From the NCBI GenBank assembly GCA_973851085.1, contig OZ316776.1, positions 9,982,001-10,046,000 on the forward strand: a stretch of DNA of 64,000 nt. Reading direction: 5' to 3'. Of this stretch, positions 38,319 to 51,200 are shown one piece after another (position 1 is the first letter of the stretch; each line of letters begins with the position of its first letter). A program made the translations under genes and the position numbers. Below the pieces are notes generated by a model that was not told where the DNA came from, searched no databases, and was given only the letters and a program-made list of their open reading frames with translations. Origin of the DNA: Ptychomitrium polyphyllum. Taxonomy: Eukaryota.

Positions 38319-39022
38319 GAGGAGGGGGGTGCGGCAGCGCCGGTCGTGAGCTCGGGGGCAGAGGGGAGGGGGCATGGCATGGGACCGCCCACGCAGTTTG
38401 CGAGCTTACGCGCTCTTCGGGGTTCGGCGATCACTCGTCGCGGCTTCCTCGCAGATATCCTCGCCGGCGGATTCCATGTCCCTCACACTACTCTCTGGCA
38501 CCCTGCAGCCCTTTCGCCATCGTTCCATCTCTCTTCATCTCGCGTCCTGGCGTGCTGTGTGTCCGGAGGGAGTTGGGGTTTGCCTGCATGTATTCCGAGG
38601 TCCATAATTGAGGCCGTTGCGGGCGGAATCGGGATGTGGCGGCGGGAGGTCATTGCGCTTGGAGGTCGAGGAGGAGAGCGACCGGGTCGATTGAAGTGAG
38701 GTGAGGTGAGGTGACGAGAGTGGATGGATCAGATGGTCGGTTGTGTGTTAGGGTTTGGCGGAGCAGCCGAGGCTGAGTGGATGAGTGGATGGTGTTGACG
38801 TTTGTGGGGTTGCGGTTTGGGTTGTGGGAGGTTGGTGTTTGGGCGAGTTAGGAACGAGAGAATTTGGACTGGAGAGGATTTGTGGGAAGGTTATTAGTTC
38901 GGGATTGACGCGGATTTGGGGAGCGGGAGAGGATGTGAGAATTGGTCAAGGATTGGGTTGAGTTTCGAGTTGCGAGTGGGAATTGGAGTGTGTTTGTGGG
39001 AGTTGAGAGTCGGTGGAGCTTC

Positions 39023-41122
39023 ATGGGGAATTTGCCAAGCAGCCGGCGGAACAGCCGCATTTCGCAGAACCCCGGGGTGCCGCCTCCGCCTCGGATGATC
39101 GCTGCACCGCCTGGCTACCCGGGTGGGCATGCACCGCCGCCACCAGGGCCTGCGAATTATCCTCCTCATCTGCCATACTATCCGTATCCTCCTTACAACA
39201 ACGGTGCTATACCGGCACCACAATATTTCCACAGTATTCAGAGCAATGGGCAGTACATGATGAATCTGCCTCCGCCGCAAATGTACAGAAATCAAGTTCC
39301 AATGTCCCCACATCCTGTGCCTCCACCTTCACGGCCCGTGGAAGTTGCGGAGCATCAGAAAGCTAATACAATTCAGAACGACGTGAATTTGAAGAAGGCG
39401 ACGCTGCGGTTGGAGAAGGATGAGGAGAATCCGGGGTATTATCTGGTTGCTTTCTCTTTTGATGCGACTGTCGCCGGAAGGTCAGTTTCGCAACCATTTT
39501 GGTAGTTCATGGTTCGTGTTGGGAAGGATAATTCTATTCAACGGGGAAGGTTGTTTGCAGATTTTATAACTGCCCAGGTACCTTAGGAGTACGTGAGCTT
39601 CTTCGTTTATCTGGCTGTTGGATTCTTTATCAGATGTTTAGAGGATTCCTTCAACTTTAATTCTAGTGTCATTTGAAACGTAAACAAACCTGAAGAGGAT
39701 CACTCTCCGGACGGTCTGAGTCGTGGTTTCGGTTTAGGGTTGTTGTTTACAAATCTACTTGCAGTCAAGTAGTCTATTTGAATTATTCTTTTTTTTAAAA
39801 TTAAAAATTAAAAAAAATTGGATTTATTATGTCTTGCCGCGTTTATCATCGTTTTTATGTAACCCTTTGTGCAGCATATGTGTTTTCTTCCTTGCGAAAG
39901 AGGGCTCCAACTGTAGCCTAACACCAGTGAAGCCTATCATCTACACGCCAGTGAGAGCCGAATTTGAGAAAGGACTGGGTCAAAAGTTTAGACAAGCTCC
40001 AGGAACAGGGGTGATGCTAGCCTTGTTTGACGACAAAGAATTATTGAAAGGAGGTGAAGATAACGTGTTTCCTTTGGTTATCCGGATGGAGACGTTGCCC
40101 AAATCGCCCCCAGCTGATCAGCCACCACGAGATTCAGAGCCCCTTGGAGCTCAGTTACCAGAATGGGTGCATTCTCAGATCACACAGGCCGTTATTGAAC
40201 GGAAAGATGATGATATGTACCAAGTGCGCGTGGTGAAGCAGATAATCTGGGTTGGGGGTGTCAGATACGAGCTTCAGGAAATTTATGGAATCGAGAATAG
40301 TGGGGGTGGGGGTAACTTTGATGGTACTGATGCTGGTAAAGAATGCGTCGTCTGTATGTCAGAGCCTCGGGATACCACTGTTCTGCCTTGTCGACACATG
40401 GTACGACCACTTTTCCATGTTGAATTTGCTTTTAATTCTGGATATACGTGGTTCAACAAACATGTCATTTTGTCATCGACGACAGAGTTTTGAAGCTGTT
40501 CTGGTTGTTTTCCATTTTAGGGTAGTCCACGTTCATCTTCATTTTCTATCTAGGAGCTCTTACTACCGGCATGAAGAAATGCTATTCTTTTGAATCCTTT
40601 ATTTATTTTGACTACCATAGTTTTATGACGGTTTCTAGGTTTTGCAGTTGTCCTCTCATTATACTTTTCTGATTAGATCTCTCCTTTTTTCCTCTTTTCA
40701 AAGTCATAGACATGCACATCACAATAATTTGCATAAAGCTCAATGTGTTCGTATTCTAGTCTTACTACAATGTTATCAATGGCTCATCTGCATTCTACTG
40801 ACGCATTGGTTATCGTTGGCTTGGTGGGTTACAGTGTATGTGTAGTGAATGCGCCAAGGTGTTAAGATTCCAAACCAATCGCTGCCCTATCTGTCGGACT
40901 CCAGTGGAACGCTTATTAGAGATTAAAGTTCCCAAGAATGCTTCGGAGCTCAATAATTCCAAGAACGATTCAAATGACCAACAGAGAGGCGCTGTGGAAT
41001 CTAGCAGCTCACAGTCGACGTCAGCTCTGCCACCTAAAAATAGTCTAGTTGGTGAGGGTGGGAAGGTGGAGTCCAGTAATCCGAAGTCATCGCTGGGCCA
41101 AGCTTCTGGTGAAACAGTATAA
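39023..41122 (+). CDS. LOG2: LOG2/LUL (MGRN1-like) RING E3 ubiquitin ligase. Exons 39023-39480, 39875-40400, 40835-41122; ~423 aa
   Basis: MGNxxS myristoylation-type start, Pro-rich region, DAR2-like [10 protein letters not shown]...[57 protein letters not shown] introns in phase. Confidence 0.93.
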
Positions 41123-42333
41123 CGCGAACGAGTTAAAACAATAAAGTAGGGTTTTGGGCAGCCAGAACAGGTTTGCAGGAAGGATGTTCGAGGTGGGCTT
41201 CTTGGGAAAACATGATATCGTTTCCTTCATTTCTGAACAGGTGGTAGATTAATTATAAGCAGGGGGGAGTTAAGGTGTGATGCCTTTTTTTTTTTATTGA
41301 TTCTTGATATCAACTGTCTCCATAAAAAATTAGGGTCCTGAGTATAGGGTGCCTGATGGTCACTTTGTTCCAAGTTACATATCCTGTAATGTACACTGTA
41401 TTCTCATAAACTTAGTGGTCTAAAGAGACCATCATCAAATGAAGGTGCTTACGCATGGTTGCTGTAATAATGGTGCAAATTGATTATGGGTCAAGATTCA
41501 TTTGGTTTCAGTTCATTCTAAGGCCTCCTACTATCGTCATTCTGCATCAGTTCTGATTGTACTCCCAGGTGATCTCTTCAATCTATAAATAGTGTCACTG
41601 CAACTGATTGACAGAACATGAAGCTCCTGGCCTTCCTGTTTTCAGCTCCACTTTTTTCTAAATACCCAAAGAATACGTTTACATAGGGCCCTGATTTGAC
41701 CTGTGAATCCCTAGAACCTTGACTTCCTGATTAGTCTACTTTGGTTAGTCACGTGCATGAAGGCTTTTATGTACCTAGTTGCGACTAAGTCTGCAAAGTA
41801 CGAAAAAATATCAGATTTTTGTTGGCAGATTACCAACACATCCAGTCGGTTCGAAGGACACTGTAAGGTAGCAAAGAACTCCCTGATCACCCAACCCCTG
41901 TTTCACGTACAGACAAAAGACATTACACCCTTTGAGTTGCTTCAATAGGTCCAGTGAAGAATTGTTTCTTATTCCTGTGATGACTAGAGAGGGAGAGATT
42001 CTTACTAGAAACAGTAAAGAGTTATATTTTAACTTTTCCCGGGTCCATGAATGGGAAGGCGCATTGTTTGTGGCGCCCATTCAAAGTCGTCCCCTGACAA
42101 TAGAGATGCTGTTCTCAGGTGTAGGGATCTGTGCGCCGGATATGTCGATGAACATGGCGCGCACGCGGACGTCTCTTCAGGAGCCGTGTTGCGCTCTCAT
42201 TTGTCATGTGTGAGAAGTGCGAGCCATGTGGCAGGGATCAGGTGGTAACAGTGTTTTCTGAGTAGGGAAGGGGTGAGAGAGAGAGAGGGAGAGAAGACGA
42301 GGGTTTAGGGCTCACAGAGAGCAGGGGATAGTG

Positions 42334-45300
42334 ATGGGAGGAGGCCATGGCGAAAGCTCGTTGCAGAGGTCGACGATCAATGCAGTCGCCGGTGCCGTGG
42401 CGGGTGGCGTTGCGCGCACCGTCGTGTCGCCTTTGGACGTCATCAAGATTCGGTTTCAGGTCTTTTCTTCTTTTGAAGTCGTGTAGGTTTAGTGCGAGGT
42501 TTTTCCACAGTAGGTGCGACGTTTGAATTGTATTTAGGCGTCCGGAATTGGTTTGCTCTAGTCGGATATGTATTTAGGCGGCGGCAGTAATTGGTGTTAG
42601 CTTAGTTTTAAGTTTGATGAAGTTTCTGATGGCTAGTACTTCGGTACTGATGATAGGTCGTTCAATGGGCTATTGGTAGTCTCTTATCCTGCAGTAGTTG
42701 TATGATCGTGATGGATATCGCGCGGATTGAAATGAAGAGTGTGTTTCAGAGAGAGTGTAATATTGAGATAATCTAGGGTGCAGTTCTGCATTTATGTGCT
42801 TCTATTAGGCCGCGGGTTTTCTTGTACATGTTGTTACGGGATCGCCTTGTAAGTAATCTCAACGTTGACTTTGCGAGTTTAGCTTCGAGCCAGCACGAAA
42901 TTGAATGTAGCTATACTTGCGTGGGCAATGTTTTTGCATCGAATAATTGTTTCAATGCAGTTGACAAGTGGGGGTTCAAATACTATCAATTGTAGGTTTA
43001 TAGAATACTGGCTTGATACTTTCTTAGCGCAGTAAGGAGCTCTCCATTTGATGATGAACTGTTGCATTAAAGACTTGGAGACAGTTGTTTGGTGTGCTGC
43101 AACACAGGTCCAGGTGGAGCCGACGAGTACAAGAGCTACATTTGCGAGTGGGATAACCCCCGGAATCTCTAAGTACACAGGCGTACTGCAAGCCGCGAAA
43201 GTCATCATGCAGGAGGAAGGAATTCGGGTAAGTGAGATGCTTTTAAGGGCGCATTAGTTAATAAACAACGTATGTGTATCCTCATTTTTTTCCTCTTAGA
43301 ATAACGATATTGCTTTCTACAGGTTAAGACTTCAAGTTGAATTTTGGGGTTTTATGAAATCAATTTATATTGTGCACTAGAATCGATGATTGAAGTCTGA
43401 ATGTACACTATTGCTCATTCGTTCTTCAGGCTTTGGAAAAGTGTTATGATTTGTTCTTGAAGTAGACTACGTTTTACAAATGACTGCAATGTGAATCTGC
43501 TTATCTTGAAAAGCCGTGCCTAAACTTGTCATTGTTCGAGTAATTCAAGTGCTGAAGGTAGTGAATGAAAGTAATTGCTCTTTTTTATATTTTGAGAGAA
43601 TGTTTGTTATGTTGTAGAATAACATATCTTTGATCCGAATGGAGGGCCGATTGACCTTTTCCTTTATTAAATTTGATGACTGAAATGCCGTAACGACAGG
43701 GTCTTTGGCGAGGAAATGTTGCAGGACTTGTGATGCAAATGCCATACACTGCTATTCAATTTGTCGTGATGTCGAACTTTAGGACTCTGGTCTCAAGTTC
43801 ATCACAGGCAGGTCTAATCATTTCCCCTCCCCTTGCCTTCAAGAGAGTTTTTTGACGAGCCTTGACTAGGTATCCAAATGATTTGGCAGTGCGTCATACG
43901 TTTTTTTGCATTTACTCGCATAGTCATTTAATTACCTATTACCTACCTAATGCAGAGGATAGTAGCAAATAAAGATTCAAGTAATTCTACTCTTTGTTCT
44001 TTAAGCATAATTGAGGGATTTGCAACATAGCCTCGTGCAGTCGACTTACAGGGTGTTGTTTTGGAAGAGCAGCGCAATATGAGGGGTCAATGTCTTTTGT
44101 AGGAGGCGCCTTGGCAGGGAGTGCCGCTACACTTGGTTCATATCCCTTTGACCTTCTTCGTACTGTTCTTGCAAGTCAAGGAGAACCGAAGGTATCACTT
44201 TCGTGTTCTTATACTAGTTGTTGCTTCGTCTTTAATTCCAATCCGGTACTTTTTTTATGGGTCTCTGTTTCAGCTGGTACCGTTTTAATAGGCCTGAACT
44301 TTTTTTTTAATTCGTCTGGGAAGTGGTATCAATCTTGCATGCGGATCTAGTGCCATTAGGTTTCTTAGCGATCATGGGCCTGGGCGTCTTTGGTATTGGT
44401 GCCTGCAGAGTTGCATGCAATTGGCTTTGTAACATTATTTCCGAGAGTAATATGGAGGTATGTTCTGATGGAGTAGGTCTATCCAAATATGCGTTCAGCC
44501 ATGATCGATATCTATAAACGGAAAGGAGTGCCGGGTTTATATGCTGGCCTTACACCAACACTTATGGAAATTGTGCCATATGCTGGCCTTCAATTTGGTT
44601 TCTACGACGCCTTAAAACGTTGGACTTATGTAAGCAACCTTAATATGCTTCGTTGTGTTTAAAGTTAGTGCTAGTCTAATGGCTAAAACTCTTGGTCAGT
44701 CTATCTTGCATTTTGTACCACCTTGTACATGCGTTCAATTATGGCGTTGATTGTCTTAAGCGTCGTACTTGACCTGGTGCTTTTTGTTTTTGATTCCAAT
44801 TCTAGCTTGTCTTTCATTGGCAGGCCTTAAATCAGTTGAAGGAAGGTGATGGGCATGCTTTGTCAAGTACTCAGCAAATTGCTTGTGGATTTGGAGCTGG
44901 ATTATTTGCTAAATTGTGTTGTCATCCGCTTGATGTTATCAAGAAGCGGTATCAGGTAGAATCCCTTCTGCATGCTTATTCTTGTATACTGACCATAAAT
45001 CAAATTATGTTTTTTCTAGATGTCTAATTCAAGGAGTGACCTCTGCTCAAATTCTTTATCTTGAATATAAATAATCCAATTGTGTAGCTCGTTCGGATGC
45101 TCATGCAATTTTTCCACTTCACAGGTAGAAGGATTAATGCGGGATCTACGGTATGGAGCTAGAATCGAAGAGAAATCATATAAGGGAACGTTGGATGCGA
45201 TAAAGAGAATAATAGCGGAGGAAGGATGGAAGGGACTTTATAAAGGCACTTTGCCCTCACTTGTAAAAGCAGCGCCTAATTCAGCTATTATATTCTATGT

Positions 45301-45346
45301 TCACGAATCCACCGTTGCTTGGTTGACCTCCTATTTTTTATATTGA
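42334..45346 (+). CDS. TPC1: Mitochondrial carrier protein, thiamine diphosphate carrier-like. Exons 42334-42459, 43108-43227, 43700-43811, 44073(or 44052)-44191, 44477-44629, 44824-44955, 45125-45346; ~327 aa
   Basis: Three MCF signatures ([33 protein letters not shown]), plus GLWRGN and [15 protein letters not shown] as in plant TPC carriers; phases consistent. Substrate is inferred. Confidence 0.85.
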
Positions 45347-46735
45347 ATCTATATTCTTTTATCGCAATAAAACTAGACTTCTAGAATCACATTGGTGTGC
45401 CAGGACTTGTCCATTTTGTCAGATTCTTTGATTACTGTGGACAGACTAGACGGAGTTTTGTCATCCGCCTGGATCAATGGTTCCTTGATGTGGTTCAAGC
45501 GGCACTCTACTTTTTTATGCTGCTGTATTGATGTTCTAATGCATAATTATATAAATAGCAGAGCTCACTGATGGAACTGTATCGTAGTAAGTGGAACACT
45601 TGGTATTCTCGGAAGGCTCGGTGAATTTACGAAATTGTTATTCAGAATCAAATGGTATACTGTATCAGGAGTGATTCATGCGAGGCAGCGTAGCTGGGAT
45701 CTTTTCCAAGTTATAACCCACGATGTTTATGGCTACTGTACCGCTTTCATGTATTCTGAACTAATATTTCTTAGGTGCAATATGGAATGTTGTGTGTGCT
45801 CGTGATATATATATTTATCAAGTGTTGATGGAATTAGGGTTGTATCATTCAACAATTTTTTTAAAAGTATCTATAATGAAACGTAACTTGAGTGCTAACA
45901 ACAGAGTTTCAGAGCGTGAGGCATTTGCACATAGAGGCCGAGGGTAACCAAAGCGGCCGAAACCAAGACCAAGCTGATAAGGAACAAAAGCAGTTACCCC
46001 AGGAATGCCATTACAGATTCAAGACACGAACCTTCACAAGGAATACATCCACTGCATAATCAATCCCCCTGTAGGCGCCCACATCATGAACTTGGAGGAT
46101 TTCATTTGAGGAATAAACACTCGTGTTCTTTGCTTCGGAGAACACAAATTCACGAGAAAAGACGTTCTCTACAGAGGAGGTTTCAAGATCATTACGACTT
46201 TGAACTTTACGAGACATTCCAATCTAAAAGTTGCTAATAAACGTGTGCAGATTCTGGACCAAGAGATTGGTGACAGAACATAATCAAAACGTCCATGTGC
46301 AAGAATAGGTTTGGAGAGAATGAAAGAATTTTTACTTCAATAATAAGATCCGAATGCAAAGCATTTGCAATCGGCATTTCGATCTACAAAAAGTGCTACA
46401 TACCAGAGTATATACGCTCTTCGCGACCCACTCAATAAGTAGGAAGATCACAGCCAATCTATGAACGTTCCACATTCACTTATCAGTTTCTCACCACTAG
46501 CACATTCGGCAAGTAATAGCTCACCGTGTTTCATCTCGAACACCTACTCCAACAAAAAAATTAAAAATAACGGTACAAAATTGAGGCCTTCGATGTGTGC
46601 TCTCTTCTAGTAAACCCGATCCGCCTCACCTAAGAACCACCTCTAATTGTACAGATGCGAGTAAATCACCAAGCAGAAGATAAGTTAATTGATGATTTAT
46701 TTGTACCTTCAGCTTCAGAATTGCACTTCGAAGCT

Positions 46736-48232
46736 CTAGTGTTCGCCGGCGCCCTTGCTCACGTACTTGGGCACGTTGTCCCCGTACTTCTTGGAGATCT
46801 TGAACCACTCTGTGTGGTAAGATCCCGGCATGTCAATGCGCTCGTAAGTGTGCGCGCCAAAGTAGTCTCGCTGCGCTTGCACGAGGTTTGCAGGCAGGCG
46901 ACCTCTTCGATAAGTGTCGAAGTATGCGAGGGAAGCTGTCATGCCGGGGGTGGAGACGCCCACTTCGATGGCGAGGGAGACCACTCTGCGCCATGCGGAT
47001 TGGCGCTCCACCATCTCCTTCGTAAATTCCGGGTCGATAAGAAGGGACGCGAGCTTAGGGTTGCGGTCGTAAGCCTTCTTGATGCGGTCCAGGAACTTGG
47101 CGCGGATGATGCAGCCGCCCTTCCAGATGCGGGCAAGCTCGCCCAGGTCGAGGTTCCACCCCTGCTCGATGCTCTTGGCGCGGATAAGGTTCATACCCTG
47201 CGCGTAGCTGCAGATTTTCGACGCGTAGAGGGCTTTCCTCACGTCGTCCACAAGCTGTTTCTTGTCAAGGTCCTTCACAGCGAGGATGTCCTCCACGCCG
47301 GCTTCCCTGAAGATTCTGGCGGCTTCCAGGCGCTCCTCCTTGAGGCCGGAGAGGAAGCGGGAGTCAAGTGAGGCGGCGATTGTGGGGGCCGCAATTGAAA
47401 GCTCCGCGGCTTGTTGCACAGTCCACTTGCCGGTGCCCTTCATGCCCGTCTTGTCGAGGATCTTGTCGACAAGGAACCCGTCGGCTTTGTCGTCCTTGAC
47501 GGAGAAGATATCACGAGTGATTTCAATCAGGAAGCTCTCGAGCTCGCCGTCGTTCCATTCAGCGAACGTCTCGTGCAATTCTTCGTTAGTCAATCCTCCA
47601 ACTGACTTCAACACATCGTATGCCTCCGAGATGAGCTGCATGTCCCCGTACTCGATCCCATTGTGAATCATCTTCACGTAATTGCCAGCTCCGCCTTGGC
47701 CGACGTAGGTCACACACGGACCATCGTCCACTTGCGCGGCGACCTTCTTGACCACCTCCTCAACGTAGTGGTACGCTTCCTCAGTGCCACCGGGCATCAT
47801 CGAGGGGCCATTGCGGGCGCCTTCCTCTCCACCCGAGACTCCCATTCCCAAATACAGAAGCCCCTTCTCCGCGACCTGCTTGGCTCTCCTCTCAGTGTTC
47901 TCGTACCATTCGTTTCCCCCGTCGATAATACAATCGCCGGGCTCCATGTACTGTGCCAGGGTCTGGATGGTCTGGTCCACAGGCGCACCCGCCTTCACGA
48001 GAATGATAATCGAGCGAGGCTTCTGGATGGACATGACAAAATCCTTCGGGTTTTTGTACCCCGTCAAAGGCAAATCGCCCTCTTCCCTCGCCCGCTCCAC
48101 CGTCTCGTCAACCTTGGTATCTGTACGGTTGTACACCGAGATTGGAAAGCCCTTCTCCGCAATGTTCAGCGCCAAGTTCTGCCCCATGACGGCCAAGCCG
48201 GCCAGGCCGATTCTCGACACCGCTTCCGCCAT
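46736..48232 (-). CDS. PGD: 6-phosphogluconate dehydrogenase (decarboxylating), 498 aa, intronless CDS, probably cytosolic; probable 5'UTR intron 48715-48269
   Basis: IGLAGLAVMGQNLALN, IDGGNE, VKMIHNGIEYGDMQ, QAQRDYFGAHTY; no transit peptide and no C-terminal PTS1. Confidence 0.97.
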   Translation of the reverse strand: MAEAVSRIGLAGLAVMGQNLALNIAEKGFPISVYNRTDTKVDETVERAREEGDLPLTGYKNPKDFVMSIQKPRSIIILVKAGAPVDQTIQTLAQYMEPGDCIIDGGNEWYENTERRAKQVAEKGLLYLGMGVSGGEEGARNGPSMMPGGTEEAYHYVEEVVKKVAAQVDDGPCVTYVGQGGAGNYVKMIHNGIEYGDMQLISEAYDVLKSVGGLTNEELHETFAEWNDGELESFLIEITRDIFSVKDDKADGFLVDKILDKTGMKGTGKWTVQQAAELSIAAPTIAASLDSRFLSGLKEERLEAARIFREAGVEDILAVKDLDKKQLVDDVRKALYASKICSYAQGMNLIRAKSIEQGWNLDLGELARIWKGGCIIRAKFLDRIKKAYDRNPKLASLLIDPEFTKEMVERQSAWRRVVSLAIEVGVSTPGMTASLAYFDTYRRGRLPANLVQAQRDYFGAHTYERIDMPGSYHTEWFKISKKYGDNVPKYVSKGAGEH

Positions 48233-51200
48233 TGCGCAGAAACCTCAGACCCAAAACAACGACAATCCCTGCCACACCACGCGGACAAAATCCATCTCTA
48301 TCAACAAACAAAAACCATCACCACCCCAAAACCCCTTACACTAACCCACACCCTCCCCCCCCCCGCCCCCCACCAACCACCAAAAACCTTCACATTCTCA
48401 TCCCATACACAAGCAATCAACCACCAACCCACCACCAGAACCTACAAAACCCACCCAAGCCCACCTAACAAACCTGGGGAAGAAAACCACTAGAGCAACA
48501 AAACCGTGAAAGCACTACAGTACTAAAACCTCAAGCAGCGTCGCAACAACCCGTAACAACGTGCACAATCCCAAATAACACTCGCAAACAAACATTTGCA
48601 CCGAAACGAACCAATCGAATACCAAAACCCAAACAACCAAAGAACGCAAACAGAAAGAGAAAACATCAAACTCAGCCCATCCGAGCAACCAAAAGTGTGA
48701 GTTTTTGAAGCTCACACCGAACGAACAAAAGTGAAGACGAGAGGAGTTGCAGAGAGGTGCACCGAAGTGAGAGAGAGCGCACCTGGAGTAGGATCGAATA
48801 GAGGGAGGAGCTCAGAAGCTGGGCAGTGCTCGGCGAAGAGAACCTGGCAATGATCCAGGTGGGCGTCGACGAGTGCGGACGACGCACAGCGTCGAAGTCG
48901 ACGGCGTGACGCAGCCGTGATGCCCCTGCACTCGCCGCTTCTCGCATCCCCAGCTGCGCCTGGCCCATCGGACGGCGCTGGCGCTGCCCCGGCCCCTCTT
49001 TCAAAGGTGCCCTGCCCTGCCCTGCCGTTCCTTGCGCTGCCCTGCCCTGCCGTGCCCTGCCGTGCCCTTTCGTTTAGGTCTCTTTCTGTGGTTATGCACT
49101 GCAGCATTCCACCACCGCTATACCACCCCAGTTCGAATGTTGCTGCGTAACCCCAAGGTATCCGATTCATTGCAAATCTACGTGCTGGACGTCATGGCTG
49201 GGATTCCCCGCTTACATATGGTCATACCATTGTGCTGTAACATAACATGCATATCATGCTTGCATTCATAAGTACCATGTAACTTGTCACAAGACCAATC
49301 TACATTTGCAAGGGGTAGATAGTGGACATGAGAATGTTCACATTTTGCATATAAGGTGTTGTTTGAGCCTACTTTGTTCTTTTGCTTTTAGAAGCAATTA
49401 AAATATTCATATAACAATTCAATGAGGGCCATTGTTGGAGGTGCAAGTGTTTTTTTTATTTAAGATCACTTTGGCGCCTATATGCATTGCACTCTCAAGT
49501 TAGGCATCTCATTCTACCCCTTGTACCAATGTATGCTTATATTAGATTTACTATATTTTTGACAAATTGAAATAATGGTTGGTACAAGTATATTGCCTCT
49601 ATTCAATGAACACAATGCATAAGAAATTACATATGGTGGTTAGATGCAGTAATTCATACTATTGTACTTGACTTTAAGTGCACAACTCCTTAAGAATTCT
49701 TTGTAAAAATAAGTTAGTGTAATTTTTTCTTGTGGGATTCCTTCTTTGAAGGAGGCAAGTTAAAGTTGTTTCTACAAATGACTTGTTCTGTGTTCTTTTG
49801 CATAAATTTATAAAACCAATAATTAAAAATTTATGACTGCAAATATTTTGTGTGTGATAATCAAAACAATAAAAATAGATTATTGTTTATATAGATGCAA
49901 TTGAAGCATCTTTACTTGACTTGTAGACATACTTATCAATTTTAATGGTCACTTCCAAATACTATATAATTTGGATTAGTAATTTTAAGTGCTTTTGGCA
50001 ATGTTTAAATTTGAAATAGTTTGAGAACTTTTAGCTTTCTTTAAAAAAAATTATTAGATATGTGTATTGCTTAAAAGCATAATTTATATTTATAACATAA
50101 GTGTTAGAGTACTAGATATGATTTAAAAAAACATTATTGAACTAAAGTTATGAAAGTAGCCTATTACAATGATCAGTATCAATCCTTATTAAAAATATAT
50201 ATAAAAATTCAAGAATATTTAGAAAATGCATTATATTAGAGTGTAATAAACTTGTATTTTCTTTCTCTCTTTTGTTATTTGTTCAATTTGCACTATATAC
50301 ATTCTTCATATGGTACGTTAAATTATTTGGCCATGATTCATGTCTTAATTAACAAAAAAAAAAAACCATTGCAATGAGAATTTTCTTGTCTCTTACTCAA
50401 TTTTTTTTTTTTAATTTTTTTTTTGTTCATGTTAAACAACATTCTATTAAAGACTCTTTTAAGTTTCCACACATAGTCATTGATAGATAAAAAAGGAATG
50501 AAAGTAACTTAAACATTGAAAAAGCAAAAATATTGTATTTAGACTTAGATCTAAATTAGACAAATTGAAATATTTGAATAAATAGCATAATTAAAATGGC
50601 TTGAATTTGTTGAAGTAGAGAATTTTAACTTCATACAAGCATCTAATTAGAGCAAGTAGAGGATGGAATCAAGACTAAAATTGGCATTCATAACATGTGG
50701 CATGCATTTTGTGTGTCAAAACAAAAATGAATATGTCTAGTAGTTGTTGAAAAAATACTTGGGAATAAAGAAGTTTGTGGTGCATTCAATTGCAAAGCTT
50801 AAAAATACTCATTATCCACGTGATCAAATTAATTGTGCAAGGTTTATTAAAAGGGCTTAGCTTTATGAGCTTTCAAGATTTAATTGTTAGTTGGGAATTA
50901 AGATCTCATTCACAAGGATTTTAAAAGATGCATTTAATTGCAAAGCTCTTCTAATGTATATGACTTGGACATTCTAGTGCGGATTGCTTGAACAATCTAA
51001 AAGAACCTTTTTGTTTTAGAGCCATTAATTAATTAAGACCTAAAAATTCATTAAATTAAAAAATTGAAATACATTGTAACAACATGCATAGCCTTAAAAA
51101 ATGCAATTAAAAAGATGAATTGGAGCAAATGAATTTAAAAGAAGTTGAATCAATAGTTCTTTTTGTTGTAATGTGTGACAATTTTTGTAATGTTTTCAAA

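Noticed and set aside
38229..38699. 156-aa ORF upstream of LOG2
   Set aside because: Built partly from a GGAT simple repeat and GC-rich leader; no recognisable domain or conserved uORF.
41970..42100. GTGATGA...CTGA possible C/D snoRNA
   Set aside because: No terminal stem or recognisable rRNA guide; motifs expected by chance.
46626..46740. Cryptic peroxisomal PTS1 on 6PGDH via readthrough or alternative splicing
   Set aside because: Readthrough gives SFEVQF*, and the splice options I tried do not end in an SKL-like tripeptide.
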